A stretch of DNA of 64,000 bases from Felis catus (GCF_018350175.1 NC_058368.1:8804001-8868000), one strand, 5' to 3'; shown: positions 51,089-64,000, numbered from the stretch's first letter. A program made the numbers and translations. The notes: generated from the sequence alone by a model not told the origin.

Positions 51089-53075
51089 CTTGATAGGAGA
51101 AACAAGTTAATTTTTTCACTAGTTTAAGATCCTTTCAGGGTGAATACAGAAAGCGAGCCACTCTGGAATTCCAGGTTTTCTTAATTTGTAGTAACACGTT
51201 GAAAGTCAGCCGGCCACATTATGCTGTGTTGGAGCAAGCAGGGAATCCCTGTGGTCTACCTGATTAGAACGCTTCCCCAGGTATCTAGACTTCGAACTGA
51301 GAACAGAATCAGGGCAGAGCCAGGAAGGCATTTTCAAAAAGCAAAACAAAGCAAAGAATAGAGCATAAGAATATGCCATATTCCTAAACACATTTAGATC
51401 GTTAATGTGGATAAGACCCTAGTATCTATAGGATATTAGTCAGTTGCAAATAAAATGAAAGAAAAGACTTCTAAGAACGACTAACACTTATAAAGAGCTT
51501 GCCACGTGCCAGGTTGCATATATTACTTCTAATTACTAATTACTTTGCATATATTAATTTCTTCAACCCTCTTTATAACCCTGTGCAGCGGGCTTGGCAT
51601 AGAGGCAGCATCCCTTAGTGATTAGGAAACTATCTATTCTCGGGTGTGATTGCTAGACTTCAGATTTAGGGAAGGCAAGGATGCTGAGGGCTGGGATGGA
51701 AGGAGAGAGCTTTATGAATAAAATGGGGGCCCACCGTCCCTCAAAGGATGCGTTATTGCTACATTATTCTTAAAAGAACCATGAGCTAATCCTTGTTGAT
51801 GCCCGTGACTAAAATAGCTGTCAGTTTATCACACAAATCGAGTTTTATTTGGGTACTATGAAATTATGACATTGTGTAGCAAATGCCCTTTGGATGACCT
51901 GAGACCGTCCGTCCCATCAACCCAAAGTAGCACACGTGTTACCTAGATCTGCGTGTTACCACCACCCCGCCCCCATTTTTTCCTTTTTTTTGAGTTTTTT
52001 TTCTTCACGGCGAGTTTCATGACTTCTTTCATCCTTGAGGTAGGTTAACAGGTTCTTTGGAGGTGCTGTAATCAAAGTCAAAGGAGGTTAATCAGGAAAG
52101 AACATTCACAAGACCCTGATGATATTCATGCTAGAGATCTGGTACAATTTTTAGCTTCAAGTCCCTTTTTGGAAATGTTTGCTTTGGGAGCACATTCTAA
52201 CCGAATGAAGAGACTTTCTCTGAAGGCCTACATTTTTGGTATCTCTAACGCGAAGAGAATTGATATAGCACACCTTTTCTAGTTATTATTAGTAACAATA
52301 AAATCATAACAAATGTAGCTATTTCTGGTGACTCAACCCAGATTAGAAAGTCAGCATATATTCAGGTACCTCTCTGTTTCATGTCATAGAATATATATGA
52401 TCTGAAAACAACTCAGGGGCCGTGTGGTTACAAATGGTGTCCTTTGCCCTTAATAGTACCTCACGTGGGACTTTTCGTCTTGTTCCTTCTAGTGATGCAC
52501 ACAGTGGAACAAAAAAACTTGGAAACCTTAAGTTTTGGTGTTGATCTCGTTACAAAAAAAAAAAATGTTTCACGTTAAGCTTTCTGCTCATTACTTATTT
52601 GGTAGCCGACCACGTACATACGGACAGAAGGGTACGTGTAAGGAGACAGTTGGTAAAATTAGCATTCGCCCGCCAGAAGAAGGTTGTGTGGATGTTTCCA
52701 TGCTCAAAAATCTCATACTAGTGATAATAATTAACGGTGTGTAATAATACATAACAGCTGATTACCATGCAGGGCATAGACGAGCAAAGAAGGGATTGTA
52801 GGTTGATGTATAAACGGTGCAGTAGAGTGAAAAGCGCGAGCAGGGTTATTATTATTATTAGATTGCGAGCTTTGTGAGTTGAATGTGATACAAATGAATG
52901 AGTCGGACTTGGCTTTGTAATTTTTTTTTCTATGCTTATATAATGAGAAAATTATCTCCTTAAGGGCTAGACTCATAAATATTTGCTTAATATGATTCAC
53001 TAATTAAACATGTCACAGGGGCTTATCTGGCGTAAAACTAGGGGACTCTCGGTATCCGTTTTGTTTTTTTTTCAG

Positions 53076-53142
53076 AATGAAAGTGCCCTTGTGAAAGAAA
53101 AAGAGCTGTCAATCGAACTTGCAAACGTCAGGGATGAAGTTG
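53076..53142 (+). CDS. MTUS2: MTUS2 internal coding exon (NESALVKEKELSIELANVRDEV + 1 nt), coiled-coil region
   Basis: Acceptor ttttgtttttttttcag|AAT and donor TTG|gtaagt; 67 nt, phase 0 to 1. The peptide matches recalled MTUS2 sequence (..NESALVKEKELSIELANIRDEVAF..). Confidence 0.9.
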
Positions 53143-54559
53143 GTAAGTAGGGCATGGAAAACGAGGAACGCCAAGAATGTCTTTTCCTGATACCTGTGAA
53201 TGTGCAACAAAAGCAGTTATGTCTCACGTAATCAGCCAGGGCAGAGCTGCCTGGAAAAATGAAGCATCTCACCCAGCACAGTGGTGCGTTGGTGTGGCCT
53301 TGCAGGGCGCCATAATTTTTACAGCTCTGTTGTTACAAAGACAGCTTCATAACAGTTCACTAATCTGGCCTCGACTCCACTCTTCGCAGATGGCGGCACA
53401 CACATCCGTCTGCGTTGTGAGCTGTGACCACAGCCCCTCCGTCTCGGTACCCCCGGGCAGGCAGAGCTCCCAGGGAAGCAGCACAGCTTTGCTGGGTAGC
53501 ACGAGGCGCTCTCTGCACTAGATCTCTGCAGACATTCCAAGGCTTCCTGCCACCATAGGCCTCGCCATGAAACACTGTGATATAGAACAAGACCAGAAAC
53601 ACAAGCCTGGGTGGATTAAATATGCTGGGGTCTGTGTTGAAATTCCCACTCACCTTTGGCCGATAAAATGGCAGAGCTCAGTCTGAACATGGAGACCTGG
53701 CAAGTGATGGGATGATCCCCAGACCGGGGGGGTGTCATGGAGACGGATGGGCTTCCACACTCTAGGCCAAAGATCAGAGCACGTATTCTCCACGTTCCAA
53801 TTTCTCGATCTCAGTTCTCTCTTGAGGTTCCGTTACCGTGTTTCCTCAGGAATCGGTCAGCAAAGGGAACGTCAGCCTGGCCTATTCCCCTCGGCCTGCT
53901 GTCTTCTCTTTACAATGAGTGTATCTCCTCCATCCATTGTGGTCCTGGGGGCAGCCTGCCAAGTGCCAGTGGGGCTCCCTCCATGAGTGAGGGGACTTGG
54001 ACGGTCCCAGCCGTCCTTGGCAGGTGGCACAACTCCTTTCCTTCCTGCCAGCCACGCAGAGAGGCTGTGGCTGGTCCTTCCGGCAAATAGCCGTGCAAAT
54101 AGGCTTGGAAGCTGAAGACCAGACTTCCCTGGGGAACATGGGTGCCGAGGATGTGCAGTGAACTGTGGAGTGATTTCCAGACACGGTACCCCCATCGCCC
54201 CTCTCTGTTTTTTCCTTTTTGTTTAACTGAGTTGTTGGGTTTTTTTTTCCTTCCCTGCGAGTTTTGTGACTTCTTTCGTCACTGAGGTAGGTCAACAGTG
54301 GGCTTTTCTCCCCTCTAAGGCCCCTGGGGGAAAGCAGTAAATAACGGTCCCTCCTTCCCAGCCTCACCTGTGAGTGGTCCGGAGCAGCAAGGTGGCCCCG
54401 TGCCCCTGGCCATCCCTGGATGAGGAACCCAGTGCATGAACCCAGGTGTAGGTTTCCTGAGAGAGGTCTGCCAAGAGCAGCAATGGCAGAACTTATAGAG
54501 GAGGTCTTGGGAAGCCGAGGGCCACGAGTGTGCATGAAATGGATGGGTTTTTAAGCTGT

Positions 54560-54759
54560 TTTGTTGTTTGTTTGTTTGTTTTTTTGAGAGAGAGAGCACA
54601 AACAGGCATGCAGGCAGAGGGAGAGGGAGACAGAATCCTAAGCAGGTTCCATGCTCAGTGCAGAGCCCGATGTGGGGCTTGATCTCATGTCCATGAGATC
54701 ATGACCTGACCTGAAATCAAGCGTCAGATGCTTAACCGACTGAGCCACCCAGGCATCCC
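54560..54759 (-). mobile_element. Can-SINE
   Basis: TSD aaatggatg(g/a)gttttta at 54537-54553 and 54760-54776. Confidence 0.92.
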
Positions 54760-55924
54760 AAATGGATGAGTTTTTAGATTGTTCTGAGAGTGAATGGTTC
54801 TGAGCATGGACTTTACAGGCCAATGACACGGGTTCAGGTAGGGCCAGTTGGCTAACCTCTCTGTCCCTCAGGTGTCCTTTCATAAAAAGGAAAGTCGGTT
54901 AAAGAAGATAATGCTGATAACGCAGCCCGCGGAGGAGACTCTCCTAGTAAGGTGTATAGCACCTTGAATCAGAAAATAGAGGACAGAATCTTCCATTGTA
55001 GCCTGAATTCCTCCCCGGAGGGATGTCTGCACCCCCGCGGGCAAGCTTTGGATCTGGGGTGTGCACCCTGACCCAACTAGATAGGGCATGCCGAATCCAA
55101 CCCCGCTTCCCTCGGCCCTTTCCTGAAGCTTCTGAACGCAGCAGGAACCACGCAAGGATTGCGCTGAGTTTTTGTGTTTCGGTGTTATTTGAGGTCTGCA
55201 TTAGTGCTAAGAATAGAACCAGAAGTCATCTGCCAAATGAATAAACCGCGGGGTGAGGGGAGAGGGCGGAAGGCCTTGGTAGCCCCAGGGCCGGGGCCAT
55301 GACACCCAGCACTGAGCCCAGCGGATGTTTTAGCAGCCAGCACCTGAGCCACTGCAGAGCCTGCGTTTGTGAGAAGGCGGACACTACACTGTGGGGATCT
55401 ACTATTAACTGTAAAGGCCACAAGTTCTGCCCGGCTTAGCGTGGCCGGCAAGGAACACCCTTAAAGGGAAAAGAGAATTAAGCTTATAAAGCTGACTTTT
55501 GAGTGATCGTCTAGAAAGAGAGATGGGCGAGAGATGGGCGATCCTATCTCCTTCCCAGCATCCCTACCCTCATTTAGACCCCTGTCAGCGGAGTCAGATG
55601 AGGGCTTCCGGAGCTGGGAGCTATGAGGGGCTGTGAGGGGCGTGGTGGGGGTGGGGGGAGCTAGAATTTCCACATGTGAACTCAGACATGGAAGAGGAAG
55701 ACACTGCAAAAATCAAAAGAGTTTAGCAGCATTTACCGTATATCCCCAGAACAGGGCTGGCCTGTTCCCCAAATCTAAAACCTACTCTTCAAACTTTTCA
55801 TATGTGTTAAAATGCTGCCCTGGAATCTACCCGTATCTGCTGGTAGGCAGCCGTCTGTTGTTTACATCCTTGCTGTGAAGAAATGCAATCAAAGGCTTCT
55901 AGCATCTAGCCAGAATCACCTTGA

Positions 55925-56292
55925 CCGCGGGTTCTCAGCCCTGGTGCATATTAGAATCACCTGCAGTGCTTTTTAAACTAACGGTTCCCAGGACCTCTAA
56001 GGCAACAGAATCAAAATATTTGAGGTTGGGGCCTAGGCTTTTCTTCTTATTATTATAAGTGTTTGTTCATTTTTGAGAGAAGAGAGCATGAGCGAGGGAG
56101 GGGCAGAGAGAGGGGGACAGAGGATCTGAAGCAGGCTCTGTGCTGACAACAGCCAGCCCGATGCGGGGCTTGAACTCACGAACCATGAGATCATGACCTG
56201 AGCTGAAGTCGGACACTCAACAGACTGGAGCCACTAGGCCTTTTTTTAATTTAATTCCCAGATGTTCATGAAGTACAGTGAAATTTGAGAAC
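55925..56292. mobile_element. MER5A-like hAT-Charlie relic split by a minus-strand Can-SINE (~56045-56240)
   Basis: ggttctcagccctgg..ttagaatcacctg and tttgagaacca inverted ends, with a SINE body between. Confidence 0.75.
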
Positions 56293-57367
56293 CAATGAAC
56301 TACATTGAAGGAGTGAGGATTTCGATTTGGGTCAAGGACAGGGAAGGGGCGGTAGGGAATTTGGGGTGGGTCTGGGAGGATGGAGTCCCCTAGTCGAGCG
56401 CTGTGGGCAGCCTGAGGGCCTCGGGAGAGAAGCCCAGGAGGGACGGGAAAGGGTGCAGAAAGGAAAGATGCAGAGGACATATCCCACCTGCTCTGACATT
56501 CCCCATGGAGTTGGCCTGGCTCCCAGAAGAAGGGAAGGAATATCATCTTCCTTCCCTCACCTCGGCCTGTCAGGCTGTAGGGCTGTCAGTCTCTGAGTCC
56601 GCTCCCAGCTGGGTTAGACGGGCTTTCGGGAACCGATCACAGAAACTAATCCCCTGGTGTATTTGCTGACACACTTCATATTTACAGTACGTTCCCAACT
56701 GGGACATGTCTGGTGAAGGAGCTACAGCAGAATCCTGTAGAAGGTGTATTACCCCAGTCAGAGATTTTGATGTGTGTTACCCACACCGACGGAGGATTCT
56801 GATTATAATCATTTTTAAGTAGAACTTGCTGGCAGTTGATTTCAAGGTAAACTCTGAGACCATCTCCTACCGAGCACCTACTGATGCCTGTTGGCCCACC
56901 GTGCGTGCACTGGGCCAACAGATGCCGTGACCGTTTTCCGGCATTAACCATTCTGCACATCTGTGGAAGGAACACTATTTTTTTCCCCTCTCCACGTATC
57001 AAAAAAACAATTCACAATGGTCATTTAATAGTGATAAAACATTTAACCATGGCGGCACACTAGAATAAGCCACTCCTCTCCTTTGAGCACTTAGATTTGC
57101 CCCAGTTTTTTGCTATTATTTGCAGGATTATGCAAATTACTTTTTTCCTCTTGTGTCATTTTCTTGGAAATCTAGTCTCAGAGTGTGGACAGATTTTGGA
57201 TAGAAATTCACATTTGTTCTAAATTCATCTGTGTGTGAAAGATCCTTGATTTTTACTCTATAAATCAAGATACAAGATGATGGTGGATTTAATCTCAGTG
57301 TAGATAAAGGAGAAATTCCATCACTACTCCTCTCTCCCCTCCTCCCTTCCCATCCCTTTCTCCCTCC

Positions 57368-57406
<39 letters not shown>

Positions 57407-57412
57407 GCACGC
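57368..57412. repeat. (CT)n(CA)n microsatellite
   Basis: Read directly from the sequence. Confidence 0.9.
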
Positions 57413-58323
57413 ACCTGAGAAGAGACACGTAATACCCAATTATGTACCAGGGTGCAGTTTGAGATAGAGCATTTTGTGGTCCAGGAGTCGAGTCCTTGGG
57501 GAGTGGCTAAAATTGCCATCAACTGTGTTACACCATATGTGGATGTGGAGACAGGGATCTCTGGTCATCCTCTTGAAAGCTTCTCATGCTTGAGTCACCC
57601 TTCAGGGAGGATGACTCTTCCCTCGTGTTTGGAGTTGGCCTTAATTGGGTCTGTCCTTGGAAAAGCCAAGCTACAATGATTGTGGGATGAAGGGCATTTT
57701 AGATCCCCAGGGGACCAGAAACCACCACATCCACGGGGAGGAGGAGTCAAGATGCTAGAAATAGATATAATATTGGATTTTTTAATCACATTTTTAAAAA
57801 ATGTCCAGAAAATGTAGTTCTTAAAATATGAGCCTCAACTTTTGGATAGAGTGGCATTCTCCAAATTTGGAAGTCAGGTATTGAATTATTGAAGGGTCCT
57901 GCTTATATTTGTAAATGCTGAAATGGGTTTATACACCGTTCCTCCTCCTAGACACAGGTTATTTTCTTTCGAGACCTTAGGCTTCGAGTTGTTGACGACC
58001 ATCAGGTGGATGTTTATGGTTCTCTGTCCAGCAAAGCTGCCTTATTAGGAACACTGAGCCTTAAAAATGTATGAATTTTAAAAATAATTCATAATTCATA
58101 AATAATAATGTATGAATTTAAATCTGAATTAGATGAGCTCCACCAGAGAAAAAAAACATATGCAGTGCATAGCTGTATCTAAATGGAGCCTTCTGGTTCA
58201 CACGCCCAGGTGCACTGATGCTCTCCCAGCCAGACCCGTCCCAAGCCAGACACACGCATTTTATCTTTCTGCAAGCCTCAGACTTGCGATGGGCTTTGCT
58301 TTTCTCTCTCTCTCGAACTCTTT

Positions 58324-58550
58324 TTTTTTTTAATTTTTTTTTTCAACGTTTATTTATTTTTGGGACAGAGAGAGACAGAGCATGAACGGGGAAGGGGCAG
58401 AGAGAGAGAGAGACACACACAGAATCGGAAACAGGCTCCAGGCTCCGAGCCATCAGCCCAGAGCCCGACGCGGGGCTCGAACTCACGGACCGCGAGATCG
58501 TGACCTGGCTGAAGTCGGACGCTTAACCGACTGCGCCACCCAGGCGCCCC
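58324..58550 (-). mobile_element. Young felid Can-SINE
   Basis: Perfect TSD tctctcgaactcttt at 58309-58323 and 58551-58565. Confidence 0.95.
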
Positions 58551-58812
58551 TCTCTCGAACTCTTTAAAAAATACTTAACATGAAATAAAGTTTTAAGACA
58601 GCGAGCGGCGTTTAACAAGGCAATCATTCTGGCAGAGTTTCTCAGGTATTATACAGAAAGCTAAATTATTAAATCCACATTTTGAGTATTGAAATCAAAT
58701 ATTGTTGAAATCAAATCACATTCAGCTTATTGAAACAAAGCAGAGAAAACCCCCAAAACCTGGATATTTTCTATAATATCCAAAAAGAGATACTAAAGAA
58801 TTCTGAGAACTT

Positions 58813-58815
<3 letters not shown>

Positions 58816-58856
<41 letters not shown>
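58816..58856. repeat. (AT)n microsatellite
   Basis: Read directly from the sequence. Confidence 0.95.
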
Positions 58857-58859
<3 letters not shown>

Positions 58860-59059
58860 TGTGACAGTAAGCACAATAAATTGTTATTTATTATGCTCTT
58901 AAGTTCCTCACTAGAATAAAATGTTCAGTTTCATCTCATTTATAACTAGCAACACACACATACATATACACACCAGTGGAAGGGTATTTGTGAGATGATT
59001 TTACCTTTCAAGGCTATATATAAAATGGCTTCGAGTTTTATGACCATAAGACCTTATGT

Positions 59060-59260
59060 TTATATAGTGCTTGTACTTACCAAGCTCTGTTATATGATAT
59101 GTCTTATTTATTTATTCAGATGACTGAATGAAGTAGGTGTTGGTATCTTTATTTTATAGGAAATTGGGGTTCTGAAGGATTAAGGGACTCCCCTAAGTGC
59201 ATACAGCTGGTTTGGGCGGAGTCAGGTCTTAGGCCCAAACCTGGAATTCTACATTCAGGG
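59060..59260 (-). mobile_element. MIR
   Basis: attttataggaaattggggttctgaaggattaagggactccc resembles the reverse MIR core. Confidence 0.55.
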
Positions 59261-59479
59261 TGTAAGTTTACCATGGCTTCCCCACCCCCACCACCATTTC
59301 TTTTTTTTTTTTTTTTTTTTTTGGTAATTTCTAATTTGAAAAATCAGGTAAAGTAGCTGCTTCTCCCAATTCCGTACTTTCCCACAAAACCATGATAGAC
59401 GTTAGGATGAATCTGTCTAAACGTGGATGACAGTGTAATTAATTACATAACACAGTGTGATGGTAATTGGCCCTAGGCT

Positions 59480-59970
59480 ATATCCGTTAGGATTGAGTTC
59501 GGGACAAATAACAGATTCCGCCCCCGCCCCCCAAATTATAACTTAATCAAAGCAGAGTTTTATTTCTCTCATGTAAAAGTCAGGAGGTGGGCACCCAGGG
59601 ACAGGTATGGCTTTGCTCTACAACGTCTGCAGGGAGCCTGGCCTCTTACCCGCCTCAAGATGGTGGCCCTTCCTTCACGGCCCAGTGCGGTGTTTGGTGC
59701 TACAGTCACCATATCTCTATTCCAGGTAGCAGGAAGGAGGAAGGAACGGACAAAGAAACCGAGAGAGTGGGTCAGCTCTCTTTGGGGGAAAGTCCCAGGA
59801 TTTACACTTCGGTTTATATCTCATCGGCCAGAACGAAGTTCCAAGGCAAACCTTGCCATGACACAGACTGGGAAATGTGCTCTTTATTTTTTCTTGGTGA
59901 CCTTGCCCAAATATTACTCTATCACTACGAAAGAAGGGGAGAGTGTATATTGAGGGTTGTTAGCCAGCCT
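59480..59970 (-). mobile_element. Old MLT1-type MaLR LTR
   Basis: agagttttatttctctcatgtaa, cctcaagatggtggcc and gactgggaaatgt motifs. Confidence 0.6.
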
Positions 59971-60249
59971 GTGCTATGGGGCCCCCATTGCCTCCGTCAA
60001 TAAGATGGAGAGAACAGTCCTGTCACAGCAGGCGAGTGAGAACAGAGGAATCTAGCAGAGTATTTGGCAGAATAGTGGGGGCTCAGTGTGTTATAATTAC
60101 CTTACATGTCAGATTGGATTCTGTCTGCCTTCCTCGCACAGCTTTAAAAAGACCCAAGTCAAAATGCAAAACCAAGAAGATATCTCAGAAAAAATAACTA
60201 ATCTCGGGATCACAAAAATATAATGCACACTTTCTGATTTATAAAAATA

Positions 60250-60508
60250 TCTCTTCTAAGTACACCAATTAAAAGACAGTTTTGTCAGATTGGATAAAAA
60301 GAAAAAAGTAAGGCGCAGCGACGTGCGGCTTAAAAGAAACCTACTTCAAATATAAAGACATAAATGACTTAAAAGAAAAACGGGAGGAGCGCCTGGGTGG
60401 CTCAGTCTGTTGAGCACCTGCGTCTTGATTTTGGTTCAGGTCATGATCCCAGGGTCGTAGGATCAAGCCCTGTGTCTGGCCCCATGCCAAACATGGGGTC
60501 TGCTTAGG

Positions 60509-60564
<56 letters not shown>

Positions 60565-61330
60565 GCCTCTCTCTCTGTCTTTCCCAAAAATAAATAAATA
60601 AACTTTAAAAATGAAAGTAAAAGGATGGGGGAAAGATAGGCTCCGCTAACACCAACGAAGAGAAAATTAGAGTGTTGAAGTATCTATCTTAATATCACAC
60701 AAAGTAACCTTCAGACCAGTAGTAGTATCAGGAGATAGTGATAAGGGAGTTAGCTCACCAAGAACACATAATAATAGTAAATATCTATGTACTTAACAAT
60801 AGAGCTTCAAATAACATGCAACCAACATGGGTAAAACTGAAAGGAGACAGAAACAAATCCACATGTAAGTTTAGAGACTTCCCTCTTCTCTCAGTATCAT
60901 TAGAACAAGGAGGCAGAAAATCAGTAGGGATACGGAAAACCTGAACAACACTGTCAACCACCTTGACCTAACTGACCTTAATAGCGCATTCCATCTGACA
61001 AGCAGAATATACGTTCTTTTCAAATTCACACGGAATACTGAGCAACATCGAACATATTCAAAATGTTAACAGAAACAACCTTAACAAGTAGAACCATAAA
61101 CAAAACCTTACCGAGTAGAATCGAAACCACGCGAAATGTTCTGGACTATAACTGAAGTAGATTGTGAATCAAACACGAAGATATCCAGGAAAACTCCAAA
61201 CATTTAGAAATTAAACAGCGTACTTCTCAACAACCCACGGGTCAGAGAGAAAGCTACAGAGTAAATTAGAAAATGTGTGGAACTGAATGAAAATAAAAAT
61301 CCAACATATGAAAATCTTTGGGATGCAAAA
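60250..61330 (+). mobile_element. Old L1M ORF2 endonuclease-region relic, interrupted by a Can-SINE (~60382-60610)
   Basis: The peptide HQEHIIIVNIYVLNNRAS resembles the L1 endonuclease; attaaaagacag..tcagattggataaaaa motif. Confidence 0.8.
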
Positions 61331-63084
61331 TTCCCTCTGAACCGCAGGGTTGGGATCTTGTTAAATTTGCTTGACAACTTGGAGGAGACCCAGTGTGGGC
61401 TGTCAGTGTCCTCAGCTCTCTGGTGGGGAGATGAATGTATTTGAAAGAAGGTTTGATCTAGTAAATTTAATCTGCTGTCAGAAATTTGAGCATGACCGTC
61501 TAGCTTCGCATATACTACTTTGTCTGCAAGATGGACCCCACTCAGCATGACTGGGTTCTGGAATTACACACCCCTCCTATAGGGAGATGATATTAGGTCT
61601 GAGCTGGGAAAAATTCAAACCAGTAATGTCAGCTGCCGTGGTTAGATTTTATTCCAGTGGATGTCATTGTAGTTTTCTATCCCAAACAGGTGCCTTACCG
61701 ATGCACAGTCTGTTTGTGACTCCCTAAAATGTATACTATTTTATGAATAAAGGTAATTTTCTTTCCTGATATGTGCTAATATTTTTCAATCTGTGGGCGT
61801 CATCCTCAGCTAAGCTGAACTGACTGACTCGAATAGATCAGGATACCGTAAATGACCCTGTGGGCAAGCGGCTTCTTGAAATTCAGAATCTGCTGTTGTC
61901 ATGTGTCTGTAAATGTAAAATGTAAGAGAAAGCTAATATTTATAAATCTGATATTTAAGGTGGGGTATGGTTTACAAAGCCCTTTCATTGGTTATTTAAT
62001 TTGATCCTGACTAGGTAGTAGTAGTAAGGTAGATAATACCACCACTGTTTTAACAATGAGTAAACATTGCCTATACAAAGTAAAAGCAACCCCAATCACA
62101 TAACTGTGCGGAATAACAGAGCTGAGTCCTCTTGTCTTATCATGATCATAGCACACTGCCTTTGTGTTGTAAGATCTCAACTGATATCGAGGGAAGATAA
62201 TTTAAAAGACAACAACAACAGCAAAAAAAACCAAGAGAAAGACATGATCTGCTATAGCTTTAACCTGAAAATTGCTGAAGAGCATTTTGCAAAATATGTG
62301 TTTTAAATGACAGTCACATACAAATTGGGTGAGCATAATCGCTTCCCACTTGTGAATTTCTCATACATGGACTCTCTCTTCTTTTTCTTTGTGTCTTGTA
62401 CCCTGGCTCAGGGCTTAGCATGGTCAATGTGGACCATTCACTGCTTCATTTTATGAATTTGACTGCACCCAGGAGAGGTGCCCATTAGCGTGCCAGGAAT
62501 AGAAGAGGAATGTGGCGAGGTCTCTGACTTTGGGGAACCCCTGTGCATTGGAAAGACAGACATAAGCAGCTAATTAAAATCCAGTGTAGCGAGTAAGATG
62601 CTCGAGGTGTGGGAGCTCAGAACAGGGGTTGTAACCCGGGCAGGGATCCAGGAAAGGCTTTTAGGGGTAAAACAGCTGAGCCGTATTAAAGGAAATGAAG
62701 GACTCAGTGAAGAAGTGATTCTTCCATACACCTAATCAATTACAGGAACAGCATTAATGCCACCATTCACTCGGTCTATCCTTTGGGAAATGGGAAAAAT
62801 AGTGAAGACAGTTAGGTTTTCCATGTGGCCATCCCCAAGAAAAGGAATGAGTTTGTGTTTATGAAACTCTTAAAGTTATTTGTGTTTGTTTGGGATATAA
62901 AACTCAAGTGATTCGCCTTTCACAGATTTTTTTTTTAACATTTGATTTTTCTTGTCTAGTGCCACGATGAATTCTTCTCATTTATTCAAATAACCACAAA
63001 TGTCACCAGGGCAACCTTCAGGTATTCAAGAGTACTGTCAATCTATTTGCTTAATTTGGCAGTTTATTTAAACAAAGTAAGATA

Positions 63085-63300
63085 GGGGCGCCTGGGTGGC
63101 TCAGTCGGTTAAGCGGCTGACTTCGGCTCAGGTCACGATCTCACGGTCCGTGAGTTCGAGCCCCGCGTCGGGCTCTGTGTTGATGGCTCAGAGCCTGGAG
63201 CCTGTTTCAGATTCCGTGTCTCCCTCTCTCTGACCCTCCCCCGTTCATGCTCTGTCTCTGTCTCAAAAATAAATAAACGTTAAAAAAAATTTTAAAAAAA
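63085..63300 (+). mobile_element. Felid Can-SINE
   Basis: Full CpG-rich body; degenerate TSD aaacaaag(t/c)aa(g/t)ata. Confidence 0.93.
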
Positions 63301-63549
63301 TAAACAAAGCAATATATAAATTGCGTATATTGCGTACTGATGATTCAGGTCACTCTTTTTGATCAGAATTGCACTTTTTCAGCCAGGTTTTGGGGAAGTT
63401 AATTTTGGTGAAGAAGAGGAAAGCCAGACCAATTCAGCCCTGCAAGCAACCATGTAAGGACTTACTAGGTTGCAGTAATAATGAATCAGATCCTGATCTC
63501 AGATCTCCTTAACACAACAGTCTTTAAAAAAACAAAACAAAACAAAACA

Positions 63550-63765
63550 GGGGTGCCTGGCTGGCTCAGTTGGTTGAGTGTCTGACTCTTGATTTCGGCT
63601 CAGGTCATGATCCCAGGGCTGTTGGATTAAGCCCCGTGTAGAGCTCCACACTGAGCATAGAGCTTGTTTATTCTCTCTCCCCCCGCCCCCCGCCCTTCTC
63701 TCCTACTTGTGCTCTCTCCCTAAAATAAAATAATAAGTAAGTAAGTAAGTAAATAAATAAATAAC
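63550..63765 (+). mobile_element. Can-SINE (older subtype)
   Basis: ggggtgcctggctggctcag head; (TAAG)n(TAAA)n tail. Confidence 0.88.
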
Positions 63766-64000
63766 AAAAAACAACCAGCAACAGCTAGTGATAAGGAATG
63801 TGGTCGGAGTTTCGCTAATCAGAATGATGGTTCCAGGCGGAGGGACCCGGCTGGCAGCTGAGTCCGGGCGGTTACCTTGGTGGATTTACTTGGCACAGCT
63901 TGTTTTGTTTCCTTTGTTAGTACACCAAGAAGGGCTCTGACTTTCAAGGAAGCGCTTTTAACTAAGTTCACTAGAGCTTGATACGAAAACAAAAATGCCA

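Larger units (their letters stand above)
42184..53075 (+). other. MTUS2: First intron of the MTUS2 short isoform (GT..AG, 10892 nt)
   Basis: Bounded by the donor after 42183 and the acceptor before 53076, frame compatible. Confidence 0.75.

Noticed and set aside
51809..51817. ctaaaatag as a MEF2 site
   Set aside because: One base short of CTA(A/T)4TAG and likely by chance.
53882..54535. 217-aa minus-strand ORF, the longest in the track
   Set aside because: No recognisable homology, runs through low-complexity tracts and lacks supporting gene structure.

Overview
Mammalian (felid) genomic DNA, not microbial: it carries about 28 cat-type Can-SINEs plus felid/carnivore L1, older L1M, L2, MIR, ERVL/MaLR LTRs and DNA-transposon relics. 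The window is almost entirely intronic to MTUS2 (+ strand). Two coding exons are supportable. One is an alternative first exon in a CpG island (ATG 42130, MGHGCCKPYNCLQCLDKT, donor after 42183). It splices in frame to a 67-nt internal exon (53076-53142, NESALVKEKELSIELANVRDEV), which I recognise from memory as the MTUS2 C-terminal coiled-coil region. The other ORF-track entries are repeat-derived or chance. I did not find a convincing new multi-gene system. The best leads are: (1) a candidate myristoylation/palmitoylation N-terminus on the short MTUS2 isoform; (2) a 51-nt diverged direct repeat with splice-site-like ends placed about 1 kb either side of the coding exon; (3) stacked uORFs; and (4) several informative retrotransposition structures (a twin-primed L1, two SINEs at one target site, a SINE dimer, a degraded ERVL provirus). 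Repeat family names are from recall, not a database search, and old-repeat boundaries are approximate.
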